Below are positions 18,801-28,090 of a DNA stretch of 28,361 nucleotides, one piece after another. Each line of letters begins with the position of its first letter. The first letter of the stretch is position 1. The position numbers were made by a program, and so were the translations under genes. The notes under the pieces were generated by a model that did not search any database, was not told where the DNA came from, and saw nothing but the letters and a program-made list of their open reading frames with translations. Origin of the DNA: Chiloscyllium plagiosum (taxonomy: Eukaryota); contig NC_057755.1 in assembly GCF_004010195.1 (NCBI RefSeq), forward strand, positions 3,047,286 to 3,075,646, given 5' to 3'.

Positions 18801-21383
18801 CTGGATCCTCGCTTCTGAGCTAGGCCCATAGTGGTGTGAACATATGAAAACAACCACCCATCACAACTCAGCACTTGATTGTGACTTGCAATAGAGTGCA
18901 CGAATAAAGCATCTCAACGAGGTTAGCAGTGGAAGGACAGATGTGTTTGCTTGATTTTTGTCTCAGTGAGCAGTTAAGTATTTCTAGTCTTTAAACTGCA
19001 AGTAAAGTCTGAAGTTTACGTTCAGGTCTCCAGATGATTTGTTTTCTCTTTTTGAAGACGATGTAGCCTGTATGGTGTAATATTGATACCAGTGTCTTTA
19101 AAACACGACAAATGATGCAATGAAGTATAAAGCGCAGGGATACTAGACTGATTTTAATAACTTTATTAAATGTAGTAAATATGACAAATTTGATGATGTT
19201 TTTTAGCTCCAGCATGCCAGAGTTGCTGGATACCAATGTAATCCACAGCAAACACATCAGTAGTTAAGTGTTTGCCCTCAAACAACTTTCTATCCAAGTT
19301 AAGGATTGGAATCTGATCTGCAGACCTTACTTCATGCTGGCAAGGGGGAATGTTACCAGGAGGCAGTCACATATCCTTGAAAGGGATCTTAAAACTTAAC
19401 ACAAGGGTGTCAGGGTATGTGAGGGTAGTATAGAGATTCACCAAGGTGCTCTTGAGAAGAATCAGTCTCTACAATTGTCCAACAGTAGAGTGGCACGGTG
19501 GCTCAGTGCTGTCTCACAGTGCCAGGAACGCGGGTCTGATTCCCTTCTCAAGCAACTGTCTGTGCAGAGTTTGCACATTCTCCCAGTGTCTGTGTGGGTT
19601 TCCTCCGGGTGCTCCAGTTTCCTCCCACAGTGAATTGGCCACGTTAAATTGCCCATAGTGTTGGGTGCATTAGTCAGGGGTAAATGTTGGGAAATGTGTC
19701 TGGGTGGGTTACTCTTTGGAGGGTTGGTGTGAACTTGTTGTGGCCAAATGTGTGTTGTGGCCAAATGACCTGCTTCCACACTGTACTAATTAGATTCCCT
19801 ACAGATGAGATTCCCTAATGAAGTGTTTGAAAACATATGTGGATTAGAATGGGAACTGTAGGGATGATAAACAACCTGACCACAACACTGAAATACAGGG
19901 GCCTTTCATGCTGGGAGACAAAATGGGAACGTTGAAATGATGGGGGACAGTACAATTAGAGGAATAGACACTGCGACTCTGTGAGCATGAGTTCCAAAGG
20001 CTCTGTTGCTTGCCTGGTGCCAGAGTTAGGAACATCTCCTCGAAGCTGGATAGACTTTTGGATTAGAATGGGAGGAATCCAGTTGTCCTCATACACATTG
20101 GTACTCACAACATTGATAGGACTCCAAAGGGGGTTGTGATAAAAGATTTGAAAAGTTAACAACTAAACCCAGAACACAGAACCTCCAAAGTGATCATCTC
20201 AGGATTACTATGTGCAAATTGGCAATTGGAGAAATAAAGTGAAGGAGTCAAATGTTTGGCTTAAATCTTGGTGTGGGAGGAATGGTTTCAATTCATGGTG
20301 GATGGGAGCTGTTCCAGTGGGATGATCAGGGCTTTGAAGGAATTAGAGGGGGAAATGTGAGCTTGCAATAGGGGATGGCAACTATTTTGGCTTTGGGGCA
20401 CTGAGAAGGAAAGGAAGGAACAAAGAACAAAGAGCAATAGCAAATCAGTATGAAGAAGGAACAAAAAGGTAAAAAGATGTAATTAATGGTGCTTTATTAC
20501 TGAAATGCATGAATATTCAGAGGAAAGCAAATCAATTAACAACATAGAGATTAACAGAAATGATCTTCTCGGTGAAACAGAGACATGGTTACAACAAGAT
20601 TGAAGCTTAAAACTAAATATTCGGAGTATGTGACTTTTCAAGAGAGCAGCTCAGAAGGGAAGGCTGGCGGTGGGGCTTTGTTAGTACAATATGGAACTAA
20701 TACGTTTGTGAGAAATGATCTTGGATTGGATAACATGAAATTCGTGTGGATGAAGTTAAGAAATCTGAAAGCCAGGGTGAGTAATGGTCACCTTGAAACT
20801 ATATTCAGTTGTGATAAATAGACCAAAGTGGGTCACAGTCAACATGTGACTCCAAACACACAATAAAGACAAATCAACAAAACCAAAGAACTCTGGATGC
20901 TGGAAATCAGGAACAAAAGTTTGAATTGCTGGAAAAGCTCAGCAGATCTTACAGCATCTCTGGAAAGAATGCAATGTTAACATTTTGGGTCCAGTGACCC
21001 TTCTTCAGTTAATATTTTTTTTCTCTCCATATATATATACTGCCAGACCTGCTGAGTTTTTCCAGCAATTTCTGCTCGTTCCCCAAAATAAAGATATTGA
21101 TTCTTGAGTCTGTGTAACTATATTCAGTTCAAGGGCAATTTGGAGTGATCAACAAATACTGACTTCGACAGTAATGTTCACATCCAAAGAAATAATTATA
21201 TTTTTTTAACAAAAAACACACTGCTGCTGAGATCTGTCCTCTCTGGAGGTCTATATTTGACCTGTAGCCTGCTGGTGGAAATTTTCAATTGATTTTTGAA
21301 CTGATCTGCATAACTCTACCTGTGACTCCTCTTGTTCTAACTGAAAATCCTGTGTTTTCTTTTAGATTTGAGCCTTCAGCCAT
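3796..21383 (-). CDS. NLR family receptor (NACHT, LRR and CARD/PYD domain-containing protein 3-like; NLRC3/NLRP3-like, shark-expanded family), 10 coding exons, ~986 aa
   Basis: Joined exons 21383-21320, 18564-18398, 16958-16787, 16692-16627, 13317-11526, 8283-8197, 7980-7810, 7642-7472, 4175-4008 and 3898-3796 total 2961 nt. All junctions are GT-AG, phases are compatible and there is no internal stop. Confidence 0.9.
4008..4175 (-). CDS. NLR coding exon 9, LRR pair
   Basis: 168 nt, phase 2-2, LDENCLTDDCAKDLTSALSTNRSLVVLSLESNFFTDQSVPSFRHLILTCRSLVHV; acceptor after pyrimidine tract (CCAAG), donor GTGAGT. Confidence 0.9.
4310..4820 (+). mobile_element. Degenerate non-LTR retrotransposon 3' end (CR1-group LINE, distinct family)
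   Basis: Decayed translation RKEQLRSMI..PLAW..PTTLNKHGNLQNQA resembles the LINE ORF2 tail KAQVRSVMEY.PLAW..PTTLKKLD.IQ. The 3' UTR GCAGTGGTTCAAGAAGG...GGGCAGTAAATGCTGGCCCAGCC is typical of shark LINEs (recognised from memory). Confidence 0.65.
4909..4991 (-). mobile_element. 83-bp Penelope terminal-repeat fragment (family A) between 39-bp direct repeats
   Basis: GCTGGAACAGCACAGCAGGTCAGGCAGCATCC...GACGTTTCGGGCACAGGCCCTTC matches 7137-7207; flanked by identical 4870-4908 and 4992-5030. Confidence 0.8.
5425..5690 (+). mobile_element. CR1 LINE 3' end fragment
   Basis: TTTCACACAGAGAGTGGTG..GGAATGAGCTGC..GGAAGTGG matches 25029-25250. Confidence 0.8.
6045..6475 (-). mobile_element. Old CR1 LINE 3' fragment
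   Basis: The minus ORF MKSLSNEDRLDKLILSSLEQRGLRCALTEVYMFMK is a decayed CR1 C-terminus. Confidence 0.7.
6841..7011 (-). mobile_element. tRNA-derived SINE (non-HE1 family)
   Basis: The minus strand begins TTAGCTTGCTTGGCTGG (A-box-like) and contains GGGTTCAATTCC (B-box), followed by a short body ending GGTGACTTT. Confidence 0.6.
7087..7284. mobile_element. Palindromic Penelope-derived insert (family A) with two hammerhead-like motifs and 14-bp TSD
   Basis: Inverted arms ~7152-7215 and 7224-7287; CTGAAGAAGGGCTCATGCCCGAAACGTC at 7227-7254 (+); TSD CTGTCCGAAATAAT at 7073-7086 and 7285-7298. Confidence 0.82.
7472..7642 (-). CDS. NLR coding exon 8, LRR pair
   Basis: 171 nt, phase 2-2, LTVVDLTDSCALDLSSALNINTSVKILNLSYNKLRDSGLRIFSAFLKNPECKLQDL; acceptor TATCCAG, donor GTAACT. 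Confidence 0.92.
7810..7980 (-). CDS. NLR coding exon 7, LRR pair
   Basis: 171 nt, phase 2-2, LQSVAVTESCVVDFASALCANRSLTDLNLSINKLGDVGIKHLSVALRHSECKIQDL; acceptor CACCAG, donor GTAAGT. Confidence 0.92.
8197..8283 (-). CDS. NLR coding exon 6, LRR (LSNNELGGSGLKLLCSALQNCDCKIQKL)
   Basis: 87 nt, phase 2-2, ribonuclease-inhibitor-type LRR; acceptor TGTTTAG, donor GTGAGT. Confidence 0.9.
9283..10440 (+). mobile_element. LTR retroelement: LTR1 9283-9762 and LTR2 9998-10440, 5-bp TSD CTAAC, internal region collapsed at an N gap
   Basis: Both repeats start TGTGGTG and end AAAACA; TATA-like motifs at 9606 and 10310; AATAAA at 9659 and 10343; CTAAC at 9278-9282 and 10441-10445; purine-rich AAGCAGTGGAA just before LTR2. 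Confidence 0.85.
9907..9934. other. Assembly gap (28 N)
   Basis: Run of N. Confidence 1.
10482..10651. mobile_element. Older degenerate Penelope-type terminal repeat
   Basis: CTGCAGATTCTGGAAATCTGAAAC...AACGTTTTGAGTC..TTTCATTTCTGAAGAAGTC; same architecture as 20876-21080. Confidence 0.55.
10675..11400 (-). mobile_element. Old CR1 fragments (3' UTR at ~10675-11030, ORF2 remnant at ~11080-11400)
   Basis: Reverse-strand tail (GAACAGGAATAGG..TTCAGC..TTGAG..CTCTGCCATTCAATAGGATC) and an RT-upstream remnant GTTAGGCTAACCAATCTATAAT (YRL.SLT). Confidence 0.6.
11526..13317 (-). CDS. NLR coding exon 5: FISNA-like region, NACHT NTPase, winged helix/HD2 and start of LRR
   Basis: Lies in the 619-aa ORF frame. 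Walker A GVPGIGKTT, Walker B LLFIFDGLDE, sensor 1 LVTSRP, YNPSYCWI, WH motif FPHLTIQEF. Acceptor CATTTTAAG at 13318, donor AG|GTGGTT at 11525; 1792 nt. Confidence 0.95.
13705..14045 (-). mobile_element. CR1 LINE 3' fragment
   Basis: The minus ORF SLFPRIGDSKTRRHWFKTKGERVKRHLRGNFLMQ is a CR1 ORF2 end. Confidence 0.8.
14753..15425 (-). mobile_element. CR1 LINE 3' fragment
   Basis: The minus ORF IMRGVGRVNCQGIFPRIGESKTR is a CR1 C-terminus; the tail lies at ~14755-14800. Confidence 0.8.
14802..14966. mobile_element. Palindromic Penelope-derived insert (family A), 14-bp TSD
   Basis: TSD TCCAACTCATCCAT at 14788-14801 and 14967-14980; arms match 7087-7284. Confidence 0.8.
15470..16135 (-). mobile_element. 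Gypsy (Ty3/Mag-like) relic: probable 5' LTR ~16135-15900 followed by a degenerate gag N-terminus
   Basis: Minus translation MLLFGKLDSSDPAV*DWDMY and SVIRNLMFPEAPDAKTFQELTDLVKEY resemble Gypsy gag. The upstream ~235-bp segment starts TGT, ends TTCA and carries a TATAAG motif. LTR boundaries are inferred. Confidence 0.6.
16149..16335 (-). mobile_element. 5'-truncated Penelope-like element: GIY-YIG ORF C-terminus plus terminal repeat with hammerhead motif, 15-bp TSD
   Basis: The minus strand encodes IFRLGTLQPQGINVDFNSF, the L.TL.P.G.N motif ending Penelope GIY-YIG ORFs. CTGATGAAGGGCTTTTGCCCGAAACGTC lies at 16241-16214. TSD CATGGTTCAAAAGAT at 16134-16148 and 16336-16350. Confidence 0.82.
16627..16692 (-). 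CDS. NLR coding exon 4, linker (DFDAFQKLNIAQSPSGVPEELK)
   Basis: 66 nt, phase 1-1, acceptor GTTGACAG, donor AAG|GTAAGA; separated from exon 3 by a 94-nt intron. Confidence 0.82.
16787..16958 (-). CDS. NLR coding exon 3, second half of CARD-like domain
   Basis: KITMLVEKGDRAESSKILLKMVMGKGSAARRAMWTSFTKMRQGVPKLDKILKEIEEM; acceptor poly-T+AAAG, donor G|GTACAG; 172 nt, phase 0 to 1. Confidence 0.87.
17307..17632 (+). mobile_element. Full-length, young HE1-type V-SINE
   Basis: tRNA head with A-box (TGGCACGGTGG) and B-box (GGTTCAATTCC); V-domain GTGTGGAGTTTGCACGTTCTCCCCGTGTCTG..CCTCCGGGTGCTCCGG; CR1-derived tail GGGCCGAAGGGCCTGTTTCC; terminal (TAATC/TAATG)n; CpGs retained. Confidence 0.92.
17725..17856 (-). 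pseudogene. 5S rRNA pseudogene
   Basis: The minus strand reads ...GCCTGGTTAGTACTTGGATGGGAAACCACCTGGGAATAGCAGGTGCAGTAGGCTTTT (vertebrate 5S 3' half plus T4 terminator). The 5' half is diverged, with a ~13-14 nt insertion at ~17828-17841. Confidence 0.88.
17874..18268. mobile_element. Nested Penelope-derived palindromes: younger family A copy (~17918-18109) inside an older copy
   Basis: Inverted arms 17908-17978 and 18020-18090; near-TSD CATGCTGGAGA / CATGCTGAAGA at 17907-17917 and 18110-18120. Confidence 0.7.
18398..18564 (-). CDS. NLR coding exon 2, first half of CARD-like death-fold domain
   Basis: PNCAVSDILKKCNDYQLLQLTKFYQDRLEQAVEGGVDGVSSLLTYENHFSGQEHK; acceptor TTCACAG, donor AAG|GTAAGC; 167 nt, phase 1 to 0. 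Confidence 0.87.
19488..19790 (+). mobile_element. HE1/V-SINE copy with internal deletion
   Basis: TGGCACGGTGGCTCAGTG head, V-domain, tail CCTGCTTCCACACTGT; small duplication TGTTGTGGCCAAATG. Confidence 0.85.
19935..20780 (+). mobile_element. Old CR1 5' fragment (ORF1 SGNH esterase remnant and start of ORF2 endonuclease)
   Basis: Decayed MGDSTIRGID, CCLPGARVRNIS and PVVLIHIGTHNI (GDS...G.N esterase blocks), followed by ETW and GKAGGGALLV (APE). Confidence 0.7.
20876..21080. mobile_element. Older palindromic Penelope-type repeat
   Basis: AATTGCTGGAAAAGCTCAGCAG ... CTGCTGAGTTTTTCCAGCAATT inverted arms with a central GACCCTTCTTCAG (hammerhead-core remnant). Confidence 0.6.
21320..21383 (-). 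CDS. NLR coding exon 1 (MAEGSNLKENTGFSVRTRGVT-G)
   Basis: ATG in good context (AAAACAATGG) and phase-1 donor G|GTAGAG. An upstream acceptor TTATTTTAG places the exon start at 21414, implying a further 5' UTR exon. It joins in frame to the next exon. Confidence 0.7.
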
Positions 21384-21532
21384 TGTTTTTATGGATGTTG
21401 TTAGGTTTGATGACCTAAAATAAATTATAGAGATACAAGGTTGTTAAGTTGAGCCACAAAAATAAGAAGGATGACCATTTCCCTATCCACACCAATCGAA
21501 CAACGATTTATGGGATGTGAACCATTGAATAA

Positions 21533-21831
21533 ATCATAGAGTCCCCACAGTGTGGAAGAAGGCCATTCAGCTCATCAGGTCCATACCCACCCACCAAAGA
21601 GCATCTCACCCAGACCCAGACCCACCCCCTATCCCATTAATCCTGCATTGCCCAGGGCCAATCCACTTGACCTGCACATCTTTGGACTGTGGAGAAAACT
21701 GGATCACCTGGAGGAAACCCACGCAAACACGGAGAGAACATGTAAACGCCACGCAGACGGTCACCTGAATCTCGGATCAAACCCAGGTCCCCAGCTCAGT
21801 GAGGCAGCAATGCTACCCACTGAGCCACCAC
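21533..21831 (-). mobile_element. HE1/V-SINE copy
   Basis: Reverse-complement match to the 17307 copy (CTTTGGACTGTGG..GAAAC..GGA.CACC.GGAGGAAACCCACGCA; TGAGGCAGCA.TGCTA.CCACTGAGCCACC). Confidence 0.85.
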
Positions 21832-22060
21832 CATTCATCTGAAGTAACATACCTCAGCTGTGGCTGCAGCAAACTGCAACAATGGGCCCGGTGGATAACA
21901 TTTCTCATAAGGAAAGAGTTTAGTACAATTTATTCGTATTGTACAGCTAAATTCTTCCTTTTCCTTCTGAAACATTGAATATTCTGAAGGAAATATAAAT
22001 GGATGCCATGGAGGAAAAAGTACGGGAGTCAATGTAGGTAGTCTGTGTTGAGAACCCCTG

Positions 22061-25000
22061 ACAGAGAAAGTTAGGCAGGAATTTGAAAAGGAAGTCCTCA
22101 ATGTAGTTATATCTGGATTCCTTCCGGTGTCAAGACCAAGTCGGGGAAAGAACACGAGGATAGAGCAGATGAATGGGTGGCTGAGGAGCTGGGGCAGGGG
22201 AAAAGGATTCACATTTGTGGATCATCTGGGGTAAAAGTGACCTTGCAAGAAGGACGGATTGCACCTGAATTTGAAGGGGACTAACATACAGGCAGGGACA
22301 TTTGCTCGAGCTGCTTGGGAGGATTTAAACTAGTACAGGGTGGGGGGGGGGGAGGTGATGGATGGGACCCAGGCAAATACTGGTACAGATGGAGAAAGGA
22401 ACGAATCAAAACAGTCACGACCAAAGCAGAGAACAAGGTAGGATTGATAAATTAATCTGCATTGATATCAATGCAAGAGGCCTAACAGGGAAGGCAAAAT
22501 AACTCAGGGCTTGGTTAGGAACATGTGACTAGGATATCACAGCAGTCACAGAGAAACGGCTCAGGATGGACTGGACTGGCAGGTCAATGCTACAGACTAC
22601 AAATGCTGTCGGAAAGATGGAAAGGGGAGCAAGAGAGGAGGGGGACTAGGGTTGATAAGGGATATAATTACAGTTGTACTTCGGGTGGATATTCCTGGGA
22701 CTACATCCCGGGAAATTGCTTGGGTCGAACTGAGAAACAGCAAAGGGATGATTTCCTTATTGGGATTATATTATAGACATCCCAACAGTCAGCGGGAAAT
22801 TGAGAAGAAAAAAATTGTAAGGAGATCTCAGTTATTTCTAAGTATAATAGTGTGATTATGGTCGGGGATTTTAACTTTCCAAACATAGACTAGAACTGTC
22901 AGTAGTGTTAAGGGTTTAGATGGAGTGGAATTTGTTAAGTGTGTACAAGAAAATTTTCTGATTCAATATGTGGACGCACCTATTAGAAAAGCTGCAAAAC
23001 ATGACCTACTTTTGGGTAAAAAAAAGTGCAGGTGACTGAGGTATCAATGGGGGAGCACTTTGCAGCCAGCATGCATGATTCTATTAGATCTAAAATAGTA
23101 ATGGAAAAGGATAGACCAGATCTAAAAGTTGAAGTACTAAATTGGAGGAAAGCCAATTTTGATGGTATTGGGCAAGAACTTTCAAAGGCTGACTGGGGGC
23201 AAATGTTCGCAGGTAAAGGGACAGCAGGAAAATGGGAAGTCTGCAAAAATGAGATAACAAGTGTCTAGGGACAGTACATTCCTGTTCAGGTGAACGGCAA
23301 GGCTGGTAGGTATAGAGAATGCTGGATGGCTAGGGAAATTGAGGTTTTGGTTCAGAAGAGAGACGAAGCATATGTCAGGTATAGACAGCAGAGATCGAGT
23401 GAATCCTTAGAAGAGTATAAAGGCAGTAGAAGTATACTTAAAAGAGAAATCAGGAGGTCAAAAAGGGGACATGAGGTAGCTTTGGCAAATAGGGTTCAGG
23501 AGAATCCAAATGGATTTTATAAATATATTAAGGACAAAACAGCAACTCGGGAGACAACATGGCCCCTCAAGAATCATCAAGACAGATGTGTGCAACGACA
23601 GGGAATGGGGGAGATACTAAAAATGTGCTTTGTATCAGTGTTTATTGTGGAGAAGGACATGGAAGATATAGGATGCGGGTAAATAGATGGTGACATCTTG
23701 AAAAATGTCCACCTTACAGAGGTGGTGGTGCTGGATGTCTTAAATCCCCAGGACCTAATCAGGTGTACCCTAGAACTCTGGAGGAAGCTAGGGAAATGAT
23801 TACTAGGTCTCTTACTGAGATATTTGTATTGTCAATAGTCAGAAAACTGGCTAACGTGGCACCACTATTCAAGAAAGGCAGTAAGGAAAAGCCAGGGATC
23901 TACAGACCGGTGAGCCTGTAAACTGTGGTGGGCAAGTTGTTCGAGGGAATCCTGAGGGACAGGATTTACGTGCATTTAGAAAGGCAAGGACTGATTAGGG
24001 ATAGTCAACATGGCTTTTTGCATGGGAAAACATATCTCACGAACTTGATTGAATTTTTTGAAGAAATAACAAAGAGGATTGATGAGGACAGGGCAGTGAA
24101 TGTGATCTCTATGGACTTCAGTAAGGCGTTTGACAAGGTCCCCATGGGAGACTGGTTAGCAAGGTTAGATCTCATGGAATACAGGGAGAACTAGCCATTT
24201 GGATACAGAACTGGCTTGAAGGTGATGAAAGAAGGTTGCTTTTCAGATTGGAGGCCTGTGACCAGTGGTGTGCCACAAGGATCGGGGCTGGGTCTACTGC
24301 TTTTTGTCATTTATTTAAATGATTTGGATATGATCACAGAAGATATAGCAAACAAGTTTGCAGAAGTCACTAAAATTGGAGGTGTAGTGGACAGCGAAGA
24401 AGGTTACCTCAGAGTACAACAGGATATTGATCAGATGGGCCAATGGGCTTAGGGATAGCAGATGGAGTTTAATTAAGATAAATGTGAGGTGCTGCATTTT
24501 GGAGAGGCAAATCAGAGCAGGACTTATACACTTAATGGTAAGATCCTAGGGAATGTTGCTGAACAAAGAGACCTTGGAGTGCAGGTTTATAGTTCCATGA
24601 AAGTAGAGTTGCAGGTAGATAGGAAAGTGAAGATGACGTTTGGCACGCTTTCCTTCATTGGTCAGAGCATTGAGTATTTGAGTTGAGAGGTCATTTTGCA
24701 GCTGTACAGTACATTCGTTAGGCCACTTATGGAATATTTTGTGCAATTCTGGTCTCCCTCTTATTGGAAGGATGTTGTGAAACTTTAATGAGTTCAAAGA
24801 AGATTTACAAGGATATTGCTAGGTTTGGAGAATTCGAGCTATAGGGAGAGGCTAAATAGGCTGGAGCTGTTTTCCCTGGAGCCGAGGGATGACCTGATTA
24901 AGGTTTATAAAATCATGAGGGGCATGGTTAAGATAATTAGACAAGACCTTTTTCCTAGAGTGGGGGAGTCCAGAACTATAGGACATAGGTTTAGGATGAG

Positions 25001-25260
25001 AGGGGAAAAATTTAAAAGGGGCATCTATTTCACACAGAGAGTGGTGCGTGTATGGAATGAGCTGCCAGAGGAAGTGGTGGAGGCTGGTACAATTACAACA
25101 TTTAAAAGGGATCTTGATGGGTATATGAACAGGAAGAGTTTTGAGAGATAGAGCCAGGTGCTGGCAAATGGGACTAGATTAGGTTAAGTTATCTGGTCGG
25201 CGTGGACGAGTTGGCCTGAACGGTCTGTTTCCGTATCGTAGATCTCTATGACTCTATGAC
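22061..25260 (+). mobile_element. Large 5'-truncated, inactivated CR1 LINE (ORF1 end, ORF2 APE endonuclease + RT, 3' tail)
   Basis: ORF1 VVISGFLPV..DGLHLN; APE AWVELRN..GLYYRHPNS and MVGDFNFPNID; RT QHGF, DFSKAFDKV, SGVPQGSGLG and FAEVTK (decayed FADDTK); many stops and frameshifts; (CTCTATGA)n tail ending at 25260. Confidence 0.95.
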
Positions 25261-26759
25261 AGTTCAGCTTTGGGGAGGTCATTGATAAGCATTAAAAGGG
25301 TTACTGTGTGAATGGAGCTTTTCAACTCAACCACAGCATGACATAGGGAGGGGGACATTAATTGATAAACAGCAAAAGGTCAGGATGGGTAGGGAGTCAC
25401 TGGGAGGCAATCATAGTGAGGTTAATGTGAGTCATTGACAAAATATTTGCGATTTTTATATAATTGATCATTTGCGAGTGTATATGCATACTGGGCTACG
25501 TGAGCAGAATATGAGATTTGAATAGTTAGCTGCTTGTTTTTGACTGATGCAGACTCAGTAGGTCAAAGTTCCTTCTTCCTGTAACGTAGCTCTGTACGCT
25601 TGTGTGTCTACAAAAAAAAAATTGGCGTGGCACGAGTTTGGTCATTCTTAGAACACTAATAGGTAAAAGTGCAGAAATTCACTGGTGGCTCATCAGAAGT
25701 CTGTTGGGTATTGATATGGAAGGGTGAGATTGAATTGTACAAGGCACTTGAATATATTGGGATATATAAATCTCTGGAGGATCCCTAAACACCATTCATT
25801 TCTTCTAAAAAATGCAACATCCCTATGAACCAGTTGATTCATTCTTAATGAGATTAGAGAAGACTTTCCAAGCTAAACCATACGGTCCTTTTGAACAGAT
25901 GGTTGTGTCTCTCAGTATGGAAAGGACAACAATCATATGTGGTAGATGGGTCACAGCAAACATTTGATTAACCATACCTACTGGACCAGGAATGTACCAA
26001 CTGATCAAACATTCAATATGTCCAAATAATAAAAATAATTTTAAAAAAACATGTAGCGGGTATACACGTCACTATTATACTTTACATACAACATAAATCG
26101 CTTAAATACTAATGCAGCATGTGTTAAAATAAAACTCGGCAGAGCCTTATCACTTGCATCCTCAACTGACTACTCTGGCGTTGTGATAATACAGTAAGTC
26201 TCCACAATTTTAGGTAGACAATTTTTGTCAGTTTATTAAGAGAGCCGCTTCGTAAGGTGCTGGTTTGAACAAACATTGTTGGTATTAGAGGTCAAGCCAG
26301 TGTGAAACTGAACTAAAAATCAGCAGGAATTAAATAATTGAACTAACTATAGGTGACCGTTCTGGATTAACACTTTAGGATACATGCTAAAGTTTTTCCA
26401 ACAGGAACAAAGGATAAGGGAACAAAATCCAGGACCTCTCAAAAGTCAAGGGAAGCAGAAGTTATAATGAAGCAACAACCAACTGGATGCTGAATTTACG
26501 TAGTGTTTTATTCCATGTTAAGTCGAGGTCAAATAAATTGATTGGGCAAATGAAGAAGAAATTGACAAATAGAATACAAGAGATCTGAGGCAATTAACAT
26601 TAGAAATGGAATCCTCATATCTCCCATTGACATGGAATTATTAAACAGAATTCTTAAGATGTGAGATCTGTTGGAAATAATGATAATGAAGCAAGACAAA
26701 GTGAGCATATTTCATGCGCAAACGTGCATGTCCCTCATAGGAATCACAATGTTTTAATA

Positions 26760-27680
26760 TCATAAGATGTAGAGGTACATGTAACTCATTCAGCCCATCA
26801 AGTCTGTTCCACTAGTCAATGAGATCATGGTTGATCTGATGATCATCAACATCATTTCTAGCTTCCTTCTTCAACCTCGATTCCCGACTGATTAAAAATG
26901 TTCCTATCTCAAGACTTGAATACTCCTAATTGCAGAAGCTTGACTGTTCCTCAAGGTAAGAAATCCCACACATTCACTATCCTCTAAAACTGGAAATTCT
27001 TCCCCATGTCAGTCTTAAAATGTGCAACCTCTTATTTTAAGTTAATGCCTTCTGGGTTTCAAATCTCCCCCAGTGGGAAACAACTTCTTTGTATCTACCC
27101 TGTCATGGCCCCTAAAATTGTCAGTAAGGCTTCCTGTATATCTTCGAAGCTGCAATGAGAATCAACTCAACCTAATCAACGTATCCTCATATACGAAAGA
27201 AATCCCCTTCATACGTGGAATCAACTTAGTATCAAAAGAAGAAACTGCCTAAATGCCAATACAATGTCCTGAGATAAGGGATCAAACTGTTCAGTGTATT
27301 CTCAGATTGTAGTTTCATGTAAGACTTCCTGTTTATTTTCTTATACTCCATTCTTTTTGTTAAAAAAGGTCAACAGTGAGTCCATTTGCCTCCCCTACTT
27401 TGCTGAATCTGGACCATAGCCTTTGAGAGTCATGTACAAGGACCTTCCAATCCCACTACCCTGCGGTTTTCTGCAATGTCTCCACATTGAAATAATATAC
27501 AGCTTCAACTCTGCCAAACTGCTCAAATACATGTTGCTTAAACGCATGTTTTTCGAGATACGTCCCATCCGCCAAATTTTACCCCACTGACCTCACCTGC
27601 CGATAAGCCCCTGCAATTTCTTTGAGACTTTTACACTACTTAACCATTCATATTTTCTTCATATGCAAACTTGGAAATAA
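26760..27680 (-). mobile_element. Highly decayed CR1 3' fragment
   Basis: Reverse tail CATAAGATGTAGAG..CATTCAGCCCATCAAGTCTGTTCCAC and residual ORF2-like sequence. Confidence 0.6.
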
Positions 27681-28090
27681 TAGCGATAGTTATTGTTTTT
27701 CAGATTTTCAGCACTCAGAACTATTTGTTTTATTCTGTTTATTTTAGTGTTTATTTCCTCATGCTCCACCATTTCAGCTCTTTGAATATTTAGTATCTTT
27801 GGAATTTTATGAGTATCCTCTCTCATGATTTAATGTATTTTTGCAACTTTTCTGTTATTTCCAGACTCCTTATTATTTTTTCATAGCCTGTCAATAAGTT
27901 GTTTATCTTCACTGTTTCCTCTTTTACTTTTGCTGAGATATTTAAAGAACTTTTTAATGTCTATTTTTATGTCGCTTGTTAGTTTGACTTATCAGTTTTC
28001 TCCTTCATTATCATCACTTTTTTAATCATATTTTTGACTTCAAAAACGTTCCAAATACGTTTACCCAAGTTGGTAACCTAATTTAAGTTC

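Noticed and set aside
22338..22356. G-quadruplex-like G run (also the C run at 2639-2653 and (GGTATG)n at ~14703)
   Set aside because: Homopolymer or microsatellite slippage inside CR1/SINE copies; no evidence of function.
22061..25260. Active or domesticated reverse transcriptase
   Set aside because: Multiple stops and frameshifts, and the catalytic FADD is degraded to FAEV.
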